The notes beneath the pieces were generated by a model. It ran no database searches. It saw only the letters and a program-made list of their open reading frames with translations, and had not been told where the DNA came from. Below, piece by piece: positions 1 through 9,468 of a DNA stretch of 63,514 nucleotides. The stretch lies in contig CAZTDW010000004.1 of assembly GCA_964611835.1 (NCBI GenBank), forward strand, positions 1 through 63,514. Direction: 5' to 3'. Both the position numbers and the translations under genes were made by a program. This stretch comes from an uncultured Rikenellaceae bacterium. GTDB taxonomy: Bacteria; Bacteroidota; Bacteroidia; Bacteroidales; VadinHA17. Position 1 is the first letter of the stretch, and each line of letters begins with the position of its first letter.

Positions 1-309
1 AGGGAAGGGGCAGGGGAAGGGTTAAGGTATCACTGGAAGACACTGGCAAAGAGTTGAGGAATCAACTTGTATTTGTCTGAACCTTTCTGATACTGAGTAT
101 AAAGCAAAAACAGGTGTTAGTGCGGGATAAATCATTTTTTTGAGTTTTTTATCATTAAATTTCAGTGTGTTAGAAAATGAAACCGCATTTATTTTATAAA
201 GCGTCACAATTCATAACCTTCTCTGCCCGGACAATAGTAAAACAGATCACTGCCGGATTATTTATATCCTTATTTATTGCAATTATCCTCCTGTTGATAT
301 TTTAGGTCC

Positions 310-1905
310 TCAGGTGCTTAAGATTCTTCGTGCAGCCAGTTTACCTGTGAGAATGGACATGGGCACTCCGGCAGGACTATAGGTCCATTGTCCTGCCTGA
401 TATATTGAAGGTATAGGAGTTACAACTGCCCGGTTTGATGCAAGGATTTTATTGATTACTGGGACCGGTTCGCGGAAAGACCAGCCGGTAATCGCTCCTT
501 CGGAAGAACCGACCCTTTTTGCATAGCTCAGTGGGGAGAATGAAAAATGTTCCGTTACTTTTTCATTTAACATGGGGAAAACTGATTCAGAAAGTATTTT
601 AATGATCCGTGTCTCAGTTGCCTTTATAAACTCCTCATACCAACCTGCCTGATCGATTCTTTTGAATAAATCAAAATCTGCAAGTATGCTGATTATAAGT
701 CCTGTTTTGCCTTCAGGAGCCATACCGGGATCCTTTAGAGCCGGGACAGAGATCTCGTATGTATTCAGGGCAAGAAATTTATCCAGCCAGGTAATTATTT
801 CAGTCCTGTCCGGCTCACCCGGCACACCCAGTATCCGGTCAAGGTCCCCCCAGCGGATTTCTCCCAATCCTTTTCTTGAAGGAGTATAAAAGAAATGTCC
901 GTTCGAAATATGTTTGAAGCTTTCAACCGGCTCATCCACTTCTGCAAAAATTGTAAAGACTGAATCCCCGCCTCTTTTTCCCAGTAAGCGATTACCGGCC
1001 AGTTCGAATTTAACCCTGACCTTTTCAGGAAGGCCTTCTGTGCTGGTTATCCTGTAAAAGGTTTTAAGATCAGCTGCCCACACAAGATTCTCGTATGTAT
1101 AGTCAATGTTGTTCTGGTCAGTTACTCTTTTTGCGGAAGCATAAACATGTTGGACTGTCGTTTCCCGGCGCACCTCCCCTCCCCATTCAAGGAGTTTGTT
1201 TTCAATCGCTTCCGAAAGTTTGCCGACACCACCTGCAGGATAGAAATAATCGAGGTAGAGGGAAAAATAGCTGAGTGCAAAAAAGACAGGTGTATTCCTG
1301 AAAAAATGCTGTGATATGATATCCCTGAGTGAAGTGTTTTTAATAATTCTGTCCAGGAATGGCTCCACCGGCACATTCATACGGTTGATTTTTCCTATTG
1401 TAATCAGGAATTTCGGTAACCATGGCAGAAGCTCCCTGAACAGGTAGATCCTGTCACTTGTCAGGTCTTTGAAATTGGGATTTTCCACTCCATAAAGCAC
1501 ATCCATTTGCTTCATTACCTTCCGGATTATTCTTATTACCTGATCTGTTTCAGCTTCGCTTTCAGGATACAATCTCTTAAGAAGGTTACTGTATTCGGTC
1601 AGGCTTTCATAGTCTTTGATATTCAGTATTTCGTTCTCCACACCAACAGAGACATGACTTTTGACGACATTAAGCTTAATTCCCAGCTCATTCAGCATCG
1701 GGAAAATGATCCCGGCATTTTCAAGGGCCCTGATGCCGGTATCAAACCTGAAACCGTTGTGTGTAAAAGTATTCACCAGACCTCCGCATTCCCGGTTCTT
1801 TTCGATAAGTAAAACCCGGCGGCCTTCTTTGGCAAGATAGGCGGCACAGGTAAGCCCGGCTATCCCTCCTCCGACAACAATAGAATGATATTTCTTTTCG
1901 GTCAT
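310..1905 (-). CDS. NAD(P)/FAD-dependent oxidoreductase, phytoene-desaturase (CrtI)-like family
   Basis: 531-aa ORF. N-terminal Rossmann dinucleotide motif VVGGGIAGLTCAAYLAKEGRRVLLIEKNRECGG. Only a 6-nt gap to the upstream SDR gene. Confidence 0.8.
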   Translation of the reverse strand: MTEKKYHSIVVGGGIAGLTCAAYLAKEGRRVLLIEKNRECGGLVNTFTHNGFRFDTGIRALENAGIIFPMLNELGIKLNVVKSHVSVGVENEILNIKDYESLTEYSNLLKRLYPESEAETDQVIRIIRKVMKQMDVLYGVENPNFKDLTSDRIYLFRELLPWLPKFLITIGKINRMNVPVEPFLDRIIKNTSLRDIISQHFFRNTPVFFALSYFSLYLDYFYPAGGVGKLSEAIENKLLEWGGEVRRETTVQHVYASAKRVTDQNNIDYTYENLVWAADLKTFYRITSTEGLPEKVRVKFELAGNRLLGKRGGDSVFTIFAEVDEPVESFKHISNGHFFYTPSRKGLGEIRWGDLDRILGVPGEPDRTEIITWLDKFLALNTYEISVPALKDPGMAPEGKTGLIISILADFDLFKRIDQAGWYEEFIKATETRIIKILSESVFPMLNEKVTEHFSFSPLSYAKRVGSSEGAITGWSFREPVPVINKILASNRAVVTPIPSIYQAGQWTYSPAGVPMSILTGKLAARRILST

Positions 1906-1911
1906 GCGGTT

Positions 1912-2883
1912 TCAGGCATATTGGGTTATATCCCGGACTCCGGTCATTTCCACGCTCTTTGCCCAGAGTTCATATGCGGCCTCTTTGTCAAGGGCAGGTG
2001 GTGCAGGATCTTCCATGGTAGTAAGGTTAAAGAATTTTCCGCTCACACCTTCCATTTCATCCGAGACCCCGAGATAATAGATCGCTTCTGCTGCTATATC
2101 AGTCGGCTTCAGTATCTTATCATAAATATGTTTTTTTATCCACCGGTAAACAGGACCATTTTCACGGCCGGTCTCTGATCTGACAGCGCCCGGGTGCATT
2201 GCATTTATTGTTATTCCCCGGGGCCGGAAGTGATCTGCAAATATGAGCATCGACAGCAGCTGGGCAAGCTTGGCCGACCCGTAGCTTTTCAGTCCGGAAT
2301 AGCGTCGTTTCTCCCAGTTAAGGTCATCGAGGCGCAAGCCCCATGCAGCAAAACGGTGGCCTTCTGAACTGACCAGTATGATTCTGGCTTTTCCCTGCGA
2401 TTTTAACTTTTCACTCAGCAGGGTGTTTATGACAAATGAAGAAAGGTAGTGTACGACAAATACCTTATCAAATCCTTCAGGAGTCAATTCTCTTCGGGTA
2501 AGATAGATCCCTGCATTGTGTAACAGCACGTCGATCGGTCTTTCAAGCTTGGTAAGTTCTACTGCAACCCGTTCAACATCCTTCAGGTTACTGAGATCGG
2601 CAATTTTGTAATCACATCTGACTCCAAATTCATTTTCAATCTCATTCTTTAAAGCCTCCGATTTCTTTTGGTTACGATTTATGCAGAGCAGGTCTGCACC
2701 ATGTGAAGCAAACTTTCTTGCAGTCAGATAGCCAATGCCCGATGTGGCTCCGGTTATAACAACGAGCCGGTTCTTGAAATCCCTGGTACATATCTTTGGA
2801 TCCCGCCTGTTATTTTTAACCATGGCAGCGATATTCGACCACTGATAATCATTGAAATATTTGGGCAGAAAGCTATTTGTCAT
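1912..2883 (-). CDS. SDR-family oxidoreductase
   Basis: TGATSGIG cofactor motif, HNAG, and the YGSAK (YxxxK) catalytic motif. 323 aa. Confidence 0.85.
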   Translation of the reverse strand: MTNSFLPKYFNDYQWSNIAAMVKNNRRDPKICTRDFKNRLVVITGATSGIGYLTARKFASHGADLLCINRNQKKSEALKNEIENEFGVRCDYKIADLSNLKDVERVAVELTKLERPIDVLLHNAGIYLTRRELTPEGFDKVFVVHYLSSFVINTLLSEKLKSQGKARIILVSSEGHRFAAWGLRLDDLNWEKRRYSGLKSYGSAKLAQLLSMLIFADHFRPRGITINAMHPGAVRSETGRENGPVYRWIKKHIYDKILKPTDIAAEAIYYLGVSDEMEGVSGKFFNLTTMEDPAPPALDKEAAYELWAKSVEMTGVRDITQYA

Positions 2884-2889
2884 AGTGTA

Positions 2890-3363
2890 TTATCCAAATT
2901 TCTTTATCATGAATCTCCGGTAGGCCTTCCCGAACCGCGGTATATTGTCAAAAATGTCGCCCCACAGATCATAGTAATCCCTTTGCTCACTTATTTTACC
3001 CTTCTCATTTAATGTCAGCCGGCTTGATCCAAATAAGACCGAGCTTGGATTCTTCTTGAATTTAATGGTCATCTCCCATTCAATAAAAACAATATTGCCA
3101 TGCATGACTGCATTTACAATATTCATTTTCAAATCCTTTGACCGGTTAGTCAGACGTTCGGTCATTGCCGTGAAATCTTTTATCCCGTGTATAGCCTGAA
3201 TGGAATCCCTGAAGTATATATTATCATCGTAATAGGGGAGTATGTGTGACCAGTCGGGCTTCCCCTGTGTGTTATAGGTTTTCGACCATAATTCTTTAAT
3301 GGTTTCAGCATTTAAATCCGCAGGTGCGGAATTCTTTTCCTGTTCTTTTGGATTCTCACACAT
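2890..3363 (-). CDS. NTF2/SnoaL-like family protein
   Basis: 157-aa ORF of the size and pattern typical of the SnoaL-like fold. First gene of a tightly packed 3-gene operon with 6-nt gaps. Confidence 0.55.
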   Translation of the reverse strand: MCENPKEQEKNSAPADLNAETIKELWSKTYNTQGKPDWSHILPYYDDNIYFRDSIQAIHGIKDFTAMTERLTNRSKDLKMNIVNAVMHGNIVFIEWEMTIKFKKNPSSVLFGSSRLTLNEKGKISEQRDYYDLWGDIFDNIPRFGKAYRRFMIKKFG

Positions 3364-3498
3364 ATTTTAACTTGTTGTGGGTTCAGATTTTATTTCTGTC
3401 GGGGGCTGCCTTTCTATATTTTTCATGCGATATTTCTCGTAACTATTTATTCGATATTTTTCGCAATTTAACATGCTGTGTTTCCATGAATTTCCGTC

Positions 3499-4365
3499 CT
3501 ATTTTTTCTTTTTATGAAATTCCGGTTCTTTTGGGAATATATCATCTCTTATCTGCCATAACTCTTCGGGAGTATCTATTCCTGGGTCAACCTTTACCAG
3601 CAAGACCGGATTCAGACCTTTGTCAGGGTGTTGAATATTATTGGATTTCTGATTCAGTATTTTTTTTGAAGCTCCGACAACAAATTGCTCCGATCTGTCA
3701 ACAACATATCCGCTAAGGGTTCCGTTATTGTTCAGAGTCAGGTAATTGCTGAATATCTCCCTGCGTGTCAGATAGATCTCGCCCTTAAAAAACTTACCCA
3801 CACTTATCTGAACGGTAACTCCGGGATGTCCGTCATTATCAGGATCTGTCAGATTGGGATCATCAGGATCGGTTGAAAGAGGTTTCAGCGGATCTCCCTC
3901 AATTCCCAGAAGGCTTGGGCTCTCCGGCCTGTGGATATGCCAGGTTCCACCTTTTTGATATACTTCAACTTCCTGAACCCTGGGTTTTATAGACCGGACT
4001 GCTTCATCACTGAATACCGATCTGGCATTCTTCCTGCTTAACTTCTGCTCTGCATGCACAAACCGGTCCGATTGCATAAGTCTTCCTTCCTCAATATAAA
4101 AGTCAGTAAAACCGTATGAAATGATGAAGGTGCGCATGGTCGTTCTGGTTGTGGTGTCCTCGTATGCCACCATATCATAGTGTGCATAATGGCCTGCAAT
4201 TGCTTCTTTGGCACTTTCGGGGTCCTTCAGGTCCGATGTATCGGCTGCCGCGTGTTCAAAAATATACAAAGGCGATTCAGGCCAATCCAATGGACGTGAA
4301 CAGGAATAAAATGTAGAAAAAACAGCCATAAATGCCAAAAAGCACGATTTAACTTTTTGAGTCAT
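3499..4365 (-). CDS. Hypothetical lipoprotein
   Basis: Long ORF (the track start is 4395). The internal Met at 4365 gives the lipoprotein signal MTQKVKSCFLAFMAVFSTFYSCS. I recognised no family. Confidence 0.5.
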   Translation of the reverse strand: MTQKVKSCFLAFMAVFSTFYSCSRPLDWPESPLYIFEHAAADTSDLKDPESAKEAIAGHYAHYDMVAYEDTTTRTTMRTFIISYGFTDFYIEEGRLMQSDRFVHAEQKLSRKNARSVFSDEAVRSIKPRVQEVEVYQKGGTWHIHRPESPSLLGIEGDPLKPLSTDPDDPNLTDPDNDGHPGVTVQISVGKFFKGEIYLTRREIFSNYLTLNNNGTLSGYVVDRSEQFVVGASKKILNQKSNNIQHPDKGLNPVLLVKVDPGIDTPEELWQIRDDIFPKEPEFHKKKK

Positions 4366-4521
4366 AGGTATAAGCTCAGAGCATGGTTTCGGCAAATCTA
4401 TTTAAAAGTCTGTTCAATTCCAAACCTTTAGCTTACATACATGACTTGATCCGGAGATGGTGTGATGGACCGGCCCGGTTAAGCTGTCAATATGTGAGGG
4501 AGAAATTCTTATTATCAGTTT

Positions 4522-5982
4522 TTAGTTACAATACAATGCCCTGGTGTCTGGTACAGCAACACCTCCGTTTACAGGCTGAGGATGGACAGTTTTTAGCAGA
4601 GCTTTCATTTCTCTGACAATTTCAGCATATGCGGGATCTTTTGCAAGATTTCTCAATTCATTGGGATCTGTAACCTCGTTATATAGTTCAACTCCCAGTT
4701 CACCGAATCCCCATTCGGTATAACGCCATTCATTTGAACGAATACTATGGCCTGGAATATAACCTCTCTGAACCTGGGTGTACGCGGGATAATTCCATTC
4801 AGCAGCAGGATTTTTAAGAAGTGGGAGCAAACTTTTTCCTTCAAGGCTGTCGGGCGGCTTTAGTCCTGTGAGATCGGCAAGTGTCGGATAAATATCCAGC
4901 AGCTCGACTGTCCTGGTACATAATTGCCCGGAGGTACTTATCCCGGGAGCTGAAATAATCAGCGGGCATTTTGCTGATTCTTCAAAACAGCTTTGTTTAA
5001 ACCACAGACCATGTTCACCAAGGTGATATCCATGATCACTCCAGAAGACCACAATTGTATTGTCTGTCAGGCCAAGTGCATCCAGTGCATCAAGTAATCT
5101 GCCTATCTGGGCATCTACAAATGATATGGCAGCATAATAGGCCAGAATACATTCCTTAGCCTGGTCGGGTGTTATTCCAAAATAGGGCCATGGTCTTGTG
5201 GAAGCCAGAGCAAGTTCAGGATATTTTTGGGGAGTATCTTCTGTTATTTCAGGCAAACTCATCTGAACTGGGTTGTAGATATTAAAGTATTTCCTGGGAG
5301 TTACCCAGGGGCAATGAGGTTTATAGAATCCGGCAGCAATAAAGAATGGTTCATCTTTATGTTTTTCTAACAATTTAATTGTTTCAGTGGCTACTTTGCC
5401 ATCAGTGTGATCAATATCACTACCTTCCTTGTCAGCAAGAAAACTCATTGAGGAGCCCAATCCCCTTTTGGGAGTATAGTTTATTATATCAGGTTCGAGC
5501 GCTGTTTTATCCCTGCCTGCAGGATTAACACGTTCCATCCAGGACACTTTATCATCAAGTCCGTTTGTGCCAATGTCTCCGGGATTGCCATAATGATACA
5601 TCTTCCCGACCCTGGCAACGTAGTACCCGTTATTACTGAACATCTGCGGAAGGGTGACAATATTTGGAAGATCCTGACGGAAATGATAGGTCAGGTCGAA
5701 CACTCTTGTTTTATCAGGTCTCAAACCTGTCAGCAGAGAACTGCGGCTTGGGCTGCTTAGCGGCAGCTGACAATAAGCATTGGCAAATCCAACTCCTTTT
5801 GATGCAAGCCTGTCAATATTTGGGGATTTTACCAAAGGATGACCATAGCAGCCGAGATCATTGTTCATATCATCCACCGCAATGAAAAGCACATTCAACT
5901 TCCGGTCTTTGGAATATGCTGAGGATACAGCTGTTGATGTTACTAATGGTACAGCAATTATTTTCAGGAGCGGGATCTTCAT
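4522..5982 (-). CDS. Sulfatase (iduronate-2-sulfatase-like), Ser-type formylglycine motif
   Basis: Signal peptide, metal-site motif FIAVDDMN, signature S-S-P-S-R-SSLLTG with Ser at the FGly position, and WSDHGYHLGEHG. Confidence 0.85.
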   Translation of the reverse strand: MKIPLLKIIAVPLVTSTAVSSAYSKDRKLNVLFIAVDDMNNDLGCYGHPLVKSPNIDRLASKGVGFANAYCQLPLSSPSRSSLLTGLRPDKTRVFDLTYHFRQDLPNIVTLPQMFSNNGYYVARVGKMYHYGNPGDIGTNGLDDKVSWMERVNPAGRDKTALEPDIINYTPKRGLGSSMSFLADKEGSDIDHTDGKVATETIKLLEKHKDEPFFIAAGFYKPHCPWVTPRKYFNIYNPVQMSLPEITEDTPQKYPELALASTRPWPYFGITPDQAKECILAYYAAISFVDAQIGRLLDALDALGLTDNTIVVFWSDHGYHLGEHGLWFKQSCFEESAKCPLIISAPGISTSGQLCTRTVELLDIYPTLADLTGLKPPDSLEGKSLLPLLKNPAAEWNYPAYTQVQRGYIPGHSIRSNEWRYTEWGFGELGVELYNEVTDPNELRNLAKDPAYAEIVREMKALLKTVHPQPVNGGVAVPDTRALYCN

Positions 5983-6307
5983 TTTTCAACTATCAGATTA
6001 TTGAATAATATTCAAAAATTACTATTGTGTCTTCAATTTACGATTATTTCTTTAACTGGTGATTAGTAATTTAAGTTTCGCAGTTCTTTAAAATGTTGAA
6101 ATTCAAATTGGGATTGGCAAAAAAAGCAGCATGATATGTAAGTTAAATTAGTGTTTATGAATATATTAACAGTGCCTTCCAAATAAATGGTCATTCTGAA
6201 AAGTAAAATATTAATAGAATTTAAAAATTATAAGACGGTTTTACCGATAGGAAGCTTGAACCGGATTTTAAATTAAGACCTGTTTTTTTCAACTTTCTGA
6301 CTGTTCA

Positions 6308-6524
6308 GGGAGATTCCTCATTTCGCAGATCCTTCGCACGCTCAGGTTCTGCTCATTCGGAATGACAGGCATGAGGTGTAATAAACTGGGGAAGAAACGG
6401 CGGGCCACGGAACGGAATTCTGAATGTTTTTAAATTACTCTGCCGTGGCCCGCCGTTTCTTCCCCCTGATCATACTTAATCACCGTGTCATCCCGAGCCC
6501 GGTTCACCGGGAGAGGGATCTCCC
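6308..6524. repeat. Nested palindromic (REP/MITE-like) element with a perfect 23-bp stem
   Basis: The arm at 6388-6410 (GGGGAAGAAACGGCGGGCCACGG) is the exact reverse complement of 6443-6465, with a 32-nt loop. Imperfect outer inverted arms flank it: GGGAGATTCC...GGAATGAC at 6308-6366 and GTCATCCCGAG...GGGATCTCCC at 6487-6524. Confidence 0.8.
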
Positions 6525-6776
6525 TAAAGCAGATATCGGAGCTGATAATACCAGCAATAATGGATCCGCTTTGCGGAAAAAAGTAAACCGTAAATCCGGA
6601 AACTATCGGACAGAACCTTTAGGAGATTGAATATCAATATCATAACAAAAACAGGAAAACATACAAGCGATTTATTATGCGTGTATCTTTTCCCTAGTGC
6701 GAAACTTGAATTAATAATATTATGGATTATTAACCACAAGTAAAATAGGAATTTACACAGGAAGATCAAGATTTAT

Positions 6777-6805
6777 TTGACTTCGGCTTTTTGTCGGTGT
6801 AACTT
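6777..6805 (+). promoter_or_regulatory. Conserved promoter-like motif, copy 1 (TTGACT-N17-TAACTT)
   Basis: AGATTTATTTGACTTCGGCTTTTTGTCGGTGTAACTTTA. Lies 106 nt upstream of the 6911 start. Confidence 0.55.
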
Positions 6806-6910
6806 TACTTTTAAATCATTAGAAACGACAACGGTAAACATAAAGTTATCTTATAATCTTTCGGTCATCTCATTATGTAACTTTTCGTGGAATCTTAAAA
6901 AAGTAATGCT

Positions 6911-7372
6911 ATGAAAAAGATTTTTACACTTTCAGCAGGTATTCTGTTATTAGTGACATTTTTTATTGCAGGGGGATGCAATGGTACATCAAGCAATCAA
7001 GACGGGAGAGGCCCTAAAGTAACTACCATTCATATAAAGGCGGTTATAAAGGACGGTAAGAAACACCTTAAATTATGTGATTCAAATGGTAATATAGCCA
7101 CTGATCATCTGATAACCAGTGTTGATACCGGATCCATTATTATATGGAAACTAAAAATCTTCAGCAATATAAATAGCATAGAAAGGGTATATTCCACGGA
7201 AAAGGAAAGGGAAATATTTAGGACAGATCCGAAGGAAGGCCCGGAAAATGTATTCACGCTTAAAGTGCCTAAAAATGTACCGCGCGGGGTGATGGAAAAG
7301 TATAGAATCAGATTCATCCACAAGGATGGTAAAGAAGCAGAGATTGATCCATACATTAGGATAGAAGATTAA
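6911..7372 (+). CDS. Hypothetical lipoprotein
   Basis: Signal peptide plus lipobox (FFIAGGC). 153 aa. A 13-nt gap separates it from the downstream sensor phosphatase. Confidence 0.6.
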   Translation: MKKIFTLSAGILLLVTFFIAGGCNGTSSNQDGRGPKVTTIHIKAVIKDGKKHLKLCDSNGNIATDHLITSVDTGSIIIWKLKIFSNINSIERVYSTEKEREIFRTDPKEGPENVFTLKVPKNVPRGVMEKYRIRFIHKDGKEAEIDPYIRIED

Positions 7373-7385
7373 TTATAATAGCTAA

Positions 7386-9425
7386 GTGTATTACAGGTTA
7401 TTTGCAGTTTTTTTCAGGATCCTTTTTACAGCAGTCGCTTTACCAACTGTTGTTATCGGGCAATCCACCGACAGCCTGCTCTATTTACTGGAAAACAACC
7501 TGGTTAAAGATGATTCAGCCCGATACGACCTGTTAAAAAAGATCATCAAGGGTACACCTGATTTGGAAAGCAAGCTTAAGTATTGTGACCAGGCTATTAA
7601 ACTTGCTGAAAATTTAAATATCATACTTCCTGATTCATATATCTTAAAAGGCACCTGTTATATGGATTCGGGGGACCTTGCGGCAGCTCTCGAATGGTTT
7701 TTCAGGGCAGCAGATTACTGTAAGAAACAGGACAATAACAAGGGGCTGGCAAGAGCATATACATTTTTAGCTGAAGCATACAACAAGCAGGGGAACCATA
7801 ATAATGAGAAATATTACCTCCGTAATGCCATTGAAATATTCAGGCACCAGAAGGATTCGCTTAAGCTTGCTAATATCCTGACTAATTTGGGATATGCATA
7901 TTACAGCATGGGGCAATATGACAGTGCGTTGATCTATTTTTCCGGCACAGCTGATATATACAAAGACATGGACCGAAAATCTGACTACGCGTATTGTATC
8001 GGAAATTCAGGACTGGTATATTCAAAACTATCAGATTTTAACCGTGCGGAAGACTACCTGCTTCAGGCAATAGAAATACTTACAAAACTGGATGATAAGC
8101 GGGCCGTCACCGAATATTTGATAGAATATGCAAACATTCTTCAGCATAAGGGAGAAATTGACAGGGCTGCCGCCGTTGCAAATCAGGCATTTGTCAGCTC
8201 CGTAAAGAACGGATATAAAGAATATGAACGAGATGCAGCCCATGAACTTGCCCGGCTGTATCAGTTTTCAGGAAGATATGACAGCGCTTTCCATTATCTG
8301 ACGGTGTATATAAATGCCAACGACAGTATCAGAAATGATCAAGCCATTCAGAAAATGGCCGATCTGCGTACAGAATTTGAAGTAGCCAGAAAGCAGGCGG
8401 AGGTAGAGATACTGGAGAAAAACAAGGTAACCCAGCGAATTGTCAATTTCGGACTGGCAGTCATCCTGTTGCTGGCCATAGGGCTAATACTGCTCTATTA
8501 TTCAAGCCTCAAACGTTCGAAAAAGCTTATGGCGGCTCTTGATGAACGCCGGATAATGCTGGAAAAACAGAGCAGCGAACTTAAAGAAATGAACAATACA
8601 ATTGTAAAAGCCCATGAAGAGCTGAAACAATTGTATGAGGTCACCAATGCACAGAAGGAAGAAATAATAAGCAGCATTAACTATGCGGAAAGAATCCAGA
8701 AAGCAGTCCTTCCACCGGAGGATTATATTAAAGAGTTAATTAATGAACATTTCATATTCTATCAGCCAAAAGAGATCGTAAGCGGTGATTTCTACTGGGT
8801 AAAGCAGATAAATCAGTATATCATTCTTGTTTCTGCTGACTGTACGGGTCATGGGGTACCGGGAGCCTTGATGAGCATGCTTGGTATAAGCTATCTGAAC
8901 GAAATTGTTCAGCGCAAGGAAATAACGATGGCAAATCAGGTCCTGAATGAGCTGAGAAAGGAAATCAAGCACTCCCTGCGGCAAACCGGGAAAAAAGAAG
9001 AATCAAGAGACGGGATTGATATGGCTTTGGTGGTTATTGATACTTCCACTGGTATGATGCAATATTCAGGTGCATTCAGTCCGCTTTATATTGTAAGCCA
9101 TGATAACGGTGAACCGGCACTAAAAGAATTAAAAGCTGATCAGATGCCGGTCGGGGTACACTTTTCGAGCGACAAGCCATTTACCAATCATGAATTTAAG
9201 CTTGAAATAGGAGATACTTTTTACATCTCAACGGATGGTTTTATTGATCAGACCGGGGGCAGTAACAAGACCAGATTCGGCAGCAATAATTTCAGGAAAC
9301 TTCTCCTGGAGATTCACGACAACCCCCTTTTCGAACAAAAGAAAATTTTACAGCAGACTCTTACAGACTGGATGGGAAATAATCCCCAGAGAGATGATAT
9401 CCTGGTGATAGGTGCAAGATTGTAA
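7386..9425 (+). CDS. TPR-repeat membrane sensor with C-terminal PP2C/SpoIIE-type phosphatase domain
   Basis: GTG start and N-terminal hydrophobic segment. About 7 TPR-like repeats, a TM helix (FGLAVILLLAIGLILLYY) and a coiled coil. SpoIIE motifs GDFYWV, ADCTGHGVPGALMS, STDGFIDQ and RDDILVIG. Confidence 0.8.
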   Translation: MYYRLFAVFFRILFTAVALPTVVIGQSTDSLLYLLENNLVKDDSARYDLLKKIIKGTPDLESKLKYCDQAIKLAENLNIILPDSYILKGTCYMDSGDLAAALEWFFRAADYCKKQDNNKGLARAYTFLAEAYNKQGNHNNEKYYLRNAIEIFRHQKDSLKLANILTNLGYAYYSMGQYDSALIYFSGTADIYKDMDRKSDYAYCIGNSGLVYSKLSDFNRAEDYLLQAIEILTKLDDKRAVTEYLIEYANILQHKGEIDRAAAVANQAFVSSVKNGYKEYERDAAHELARLYQFSGRYDSAFHYLTVYINANDSIRNDQAIQKMADLRTEFEVARKQAEVEILEKNKVTQRIVNFGLAVILLLAIGLILLYYSSLKRSKKLMAALDERRIMLEKQSSELKEMNNTIVKAHEELKQLYEVTNAQKEEIISSINYAERIQKAVLPPEDYIKELINEHFIFYQPKEIVSGDFYWVKQINQYIILVSADCTGHGVPGALMSMLGISYLNEIVQRKEITMANQVLNELRKEIKHSLRQTGKKEESRDGIDMALVVIDTSTGMMQYSGAFSPLYIVSHDNGEPALKELKADQMPVGVHFSSDKPFTNHEFKLEIGDTFYISTDGFIDQTGGSNKTRFGSNNFRKLLLEIHDNPLFEQKKILQQTLTDWMGNNPQRDDILVIGARL

Positions 9426-9468
9426 AATTGTAGCTGTAAAAATGATATGAAAAGCTTTGGTATTCTTC

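Noticed and set aside
6388-6465. The 23-bp perfect hairpin as a Rho-independent terminator or invertible-promoter switch
   Set aside because: Both flanking genes are transcribed away from it, so there is nothing for it to terminate. No U-tract follows it. The 32-nt segment between the arms is too short to carry an invertible promoter, and no recombinase gene is nearby.
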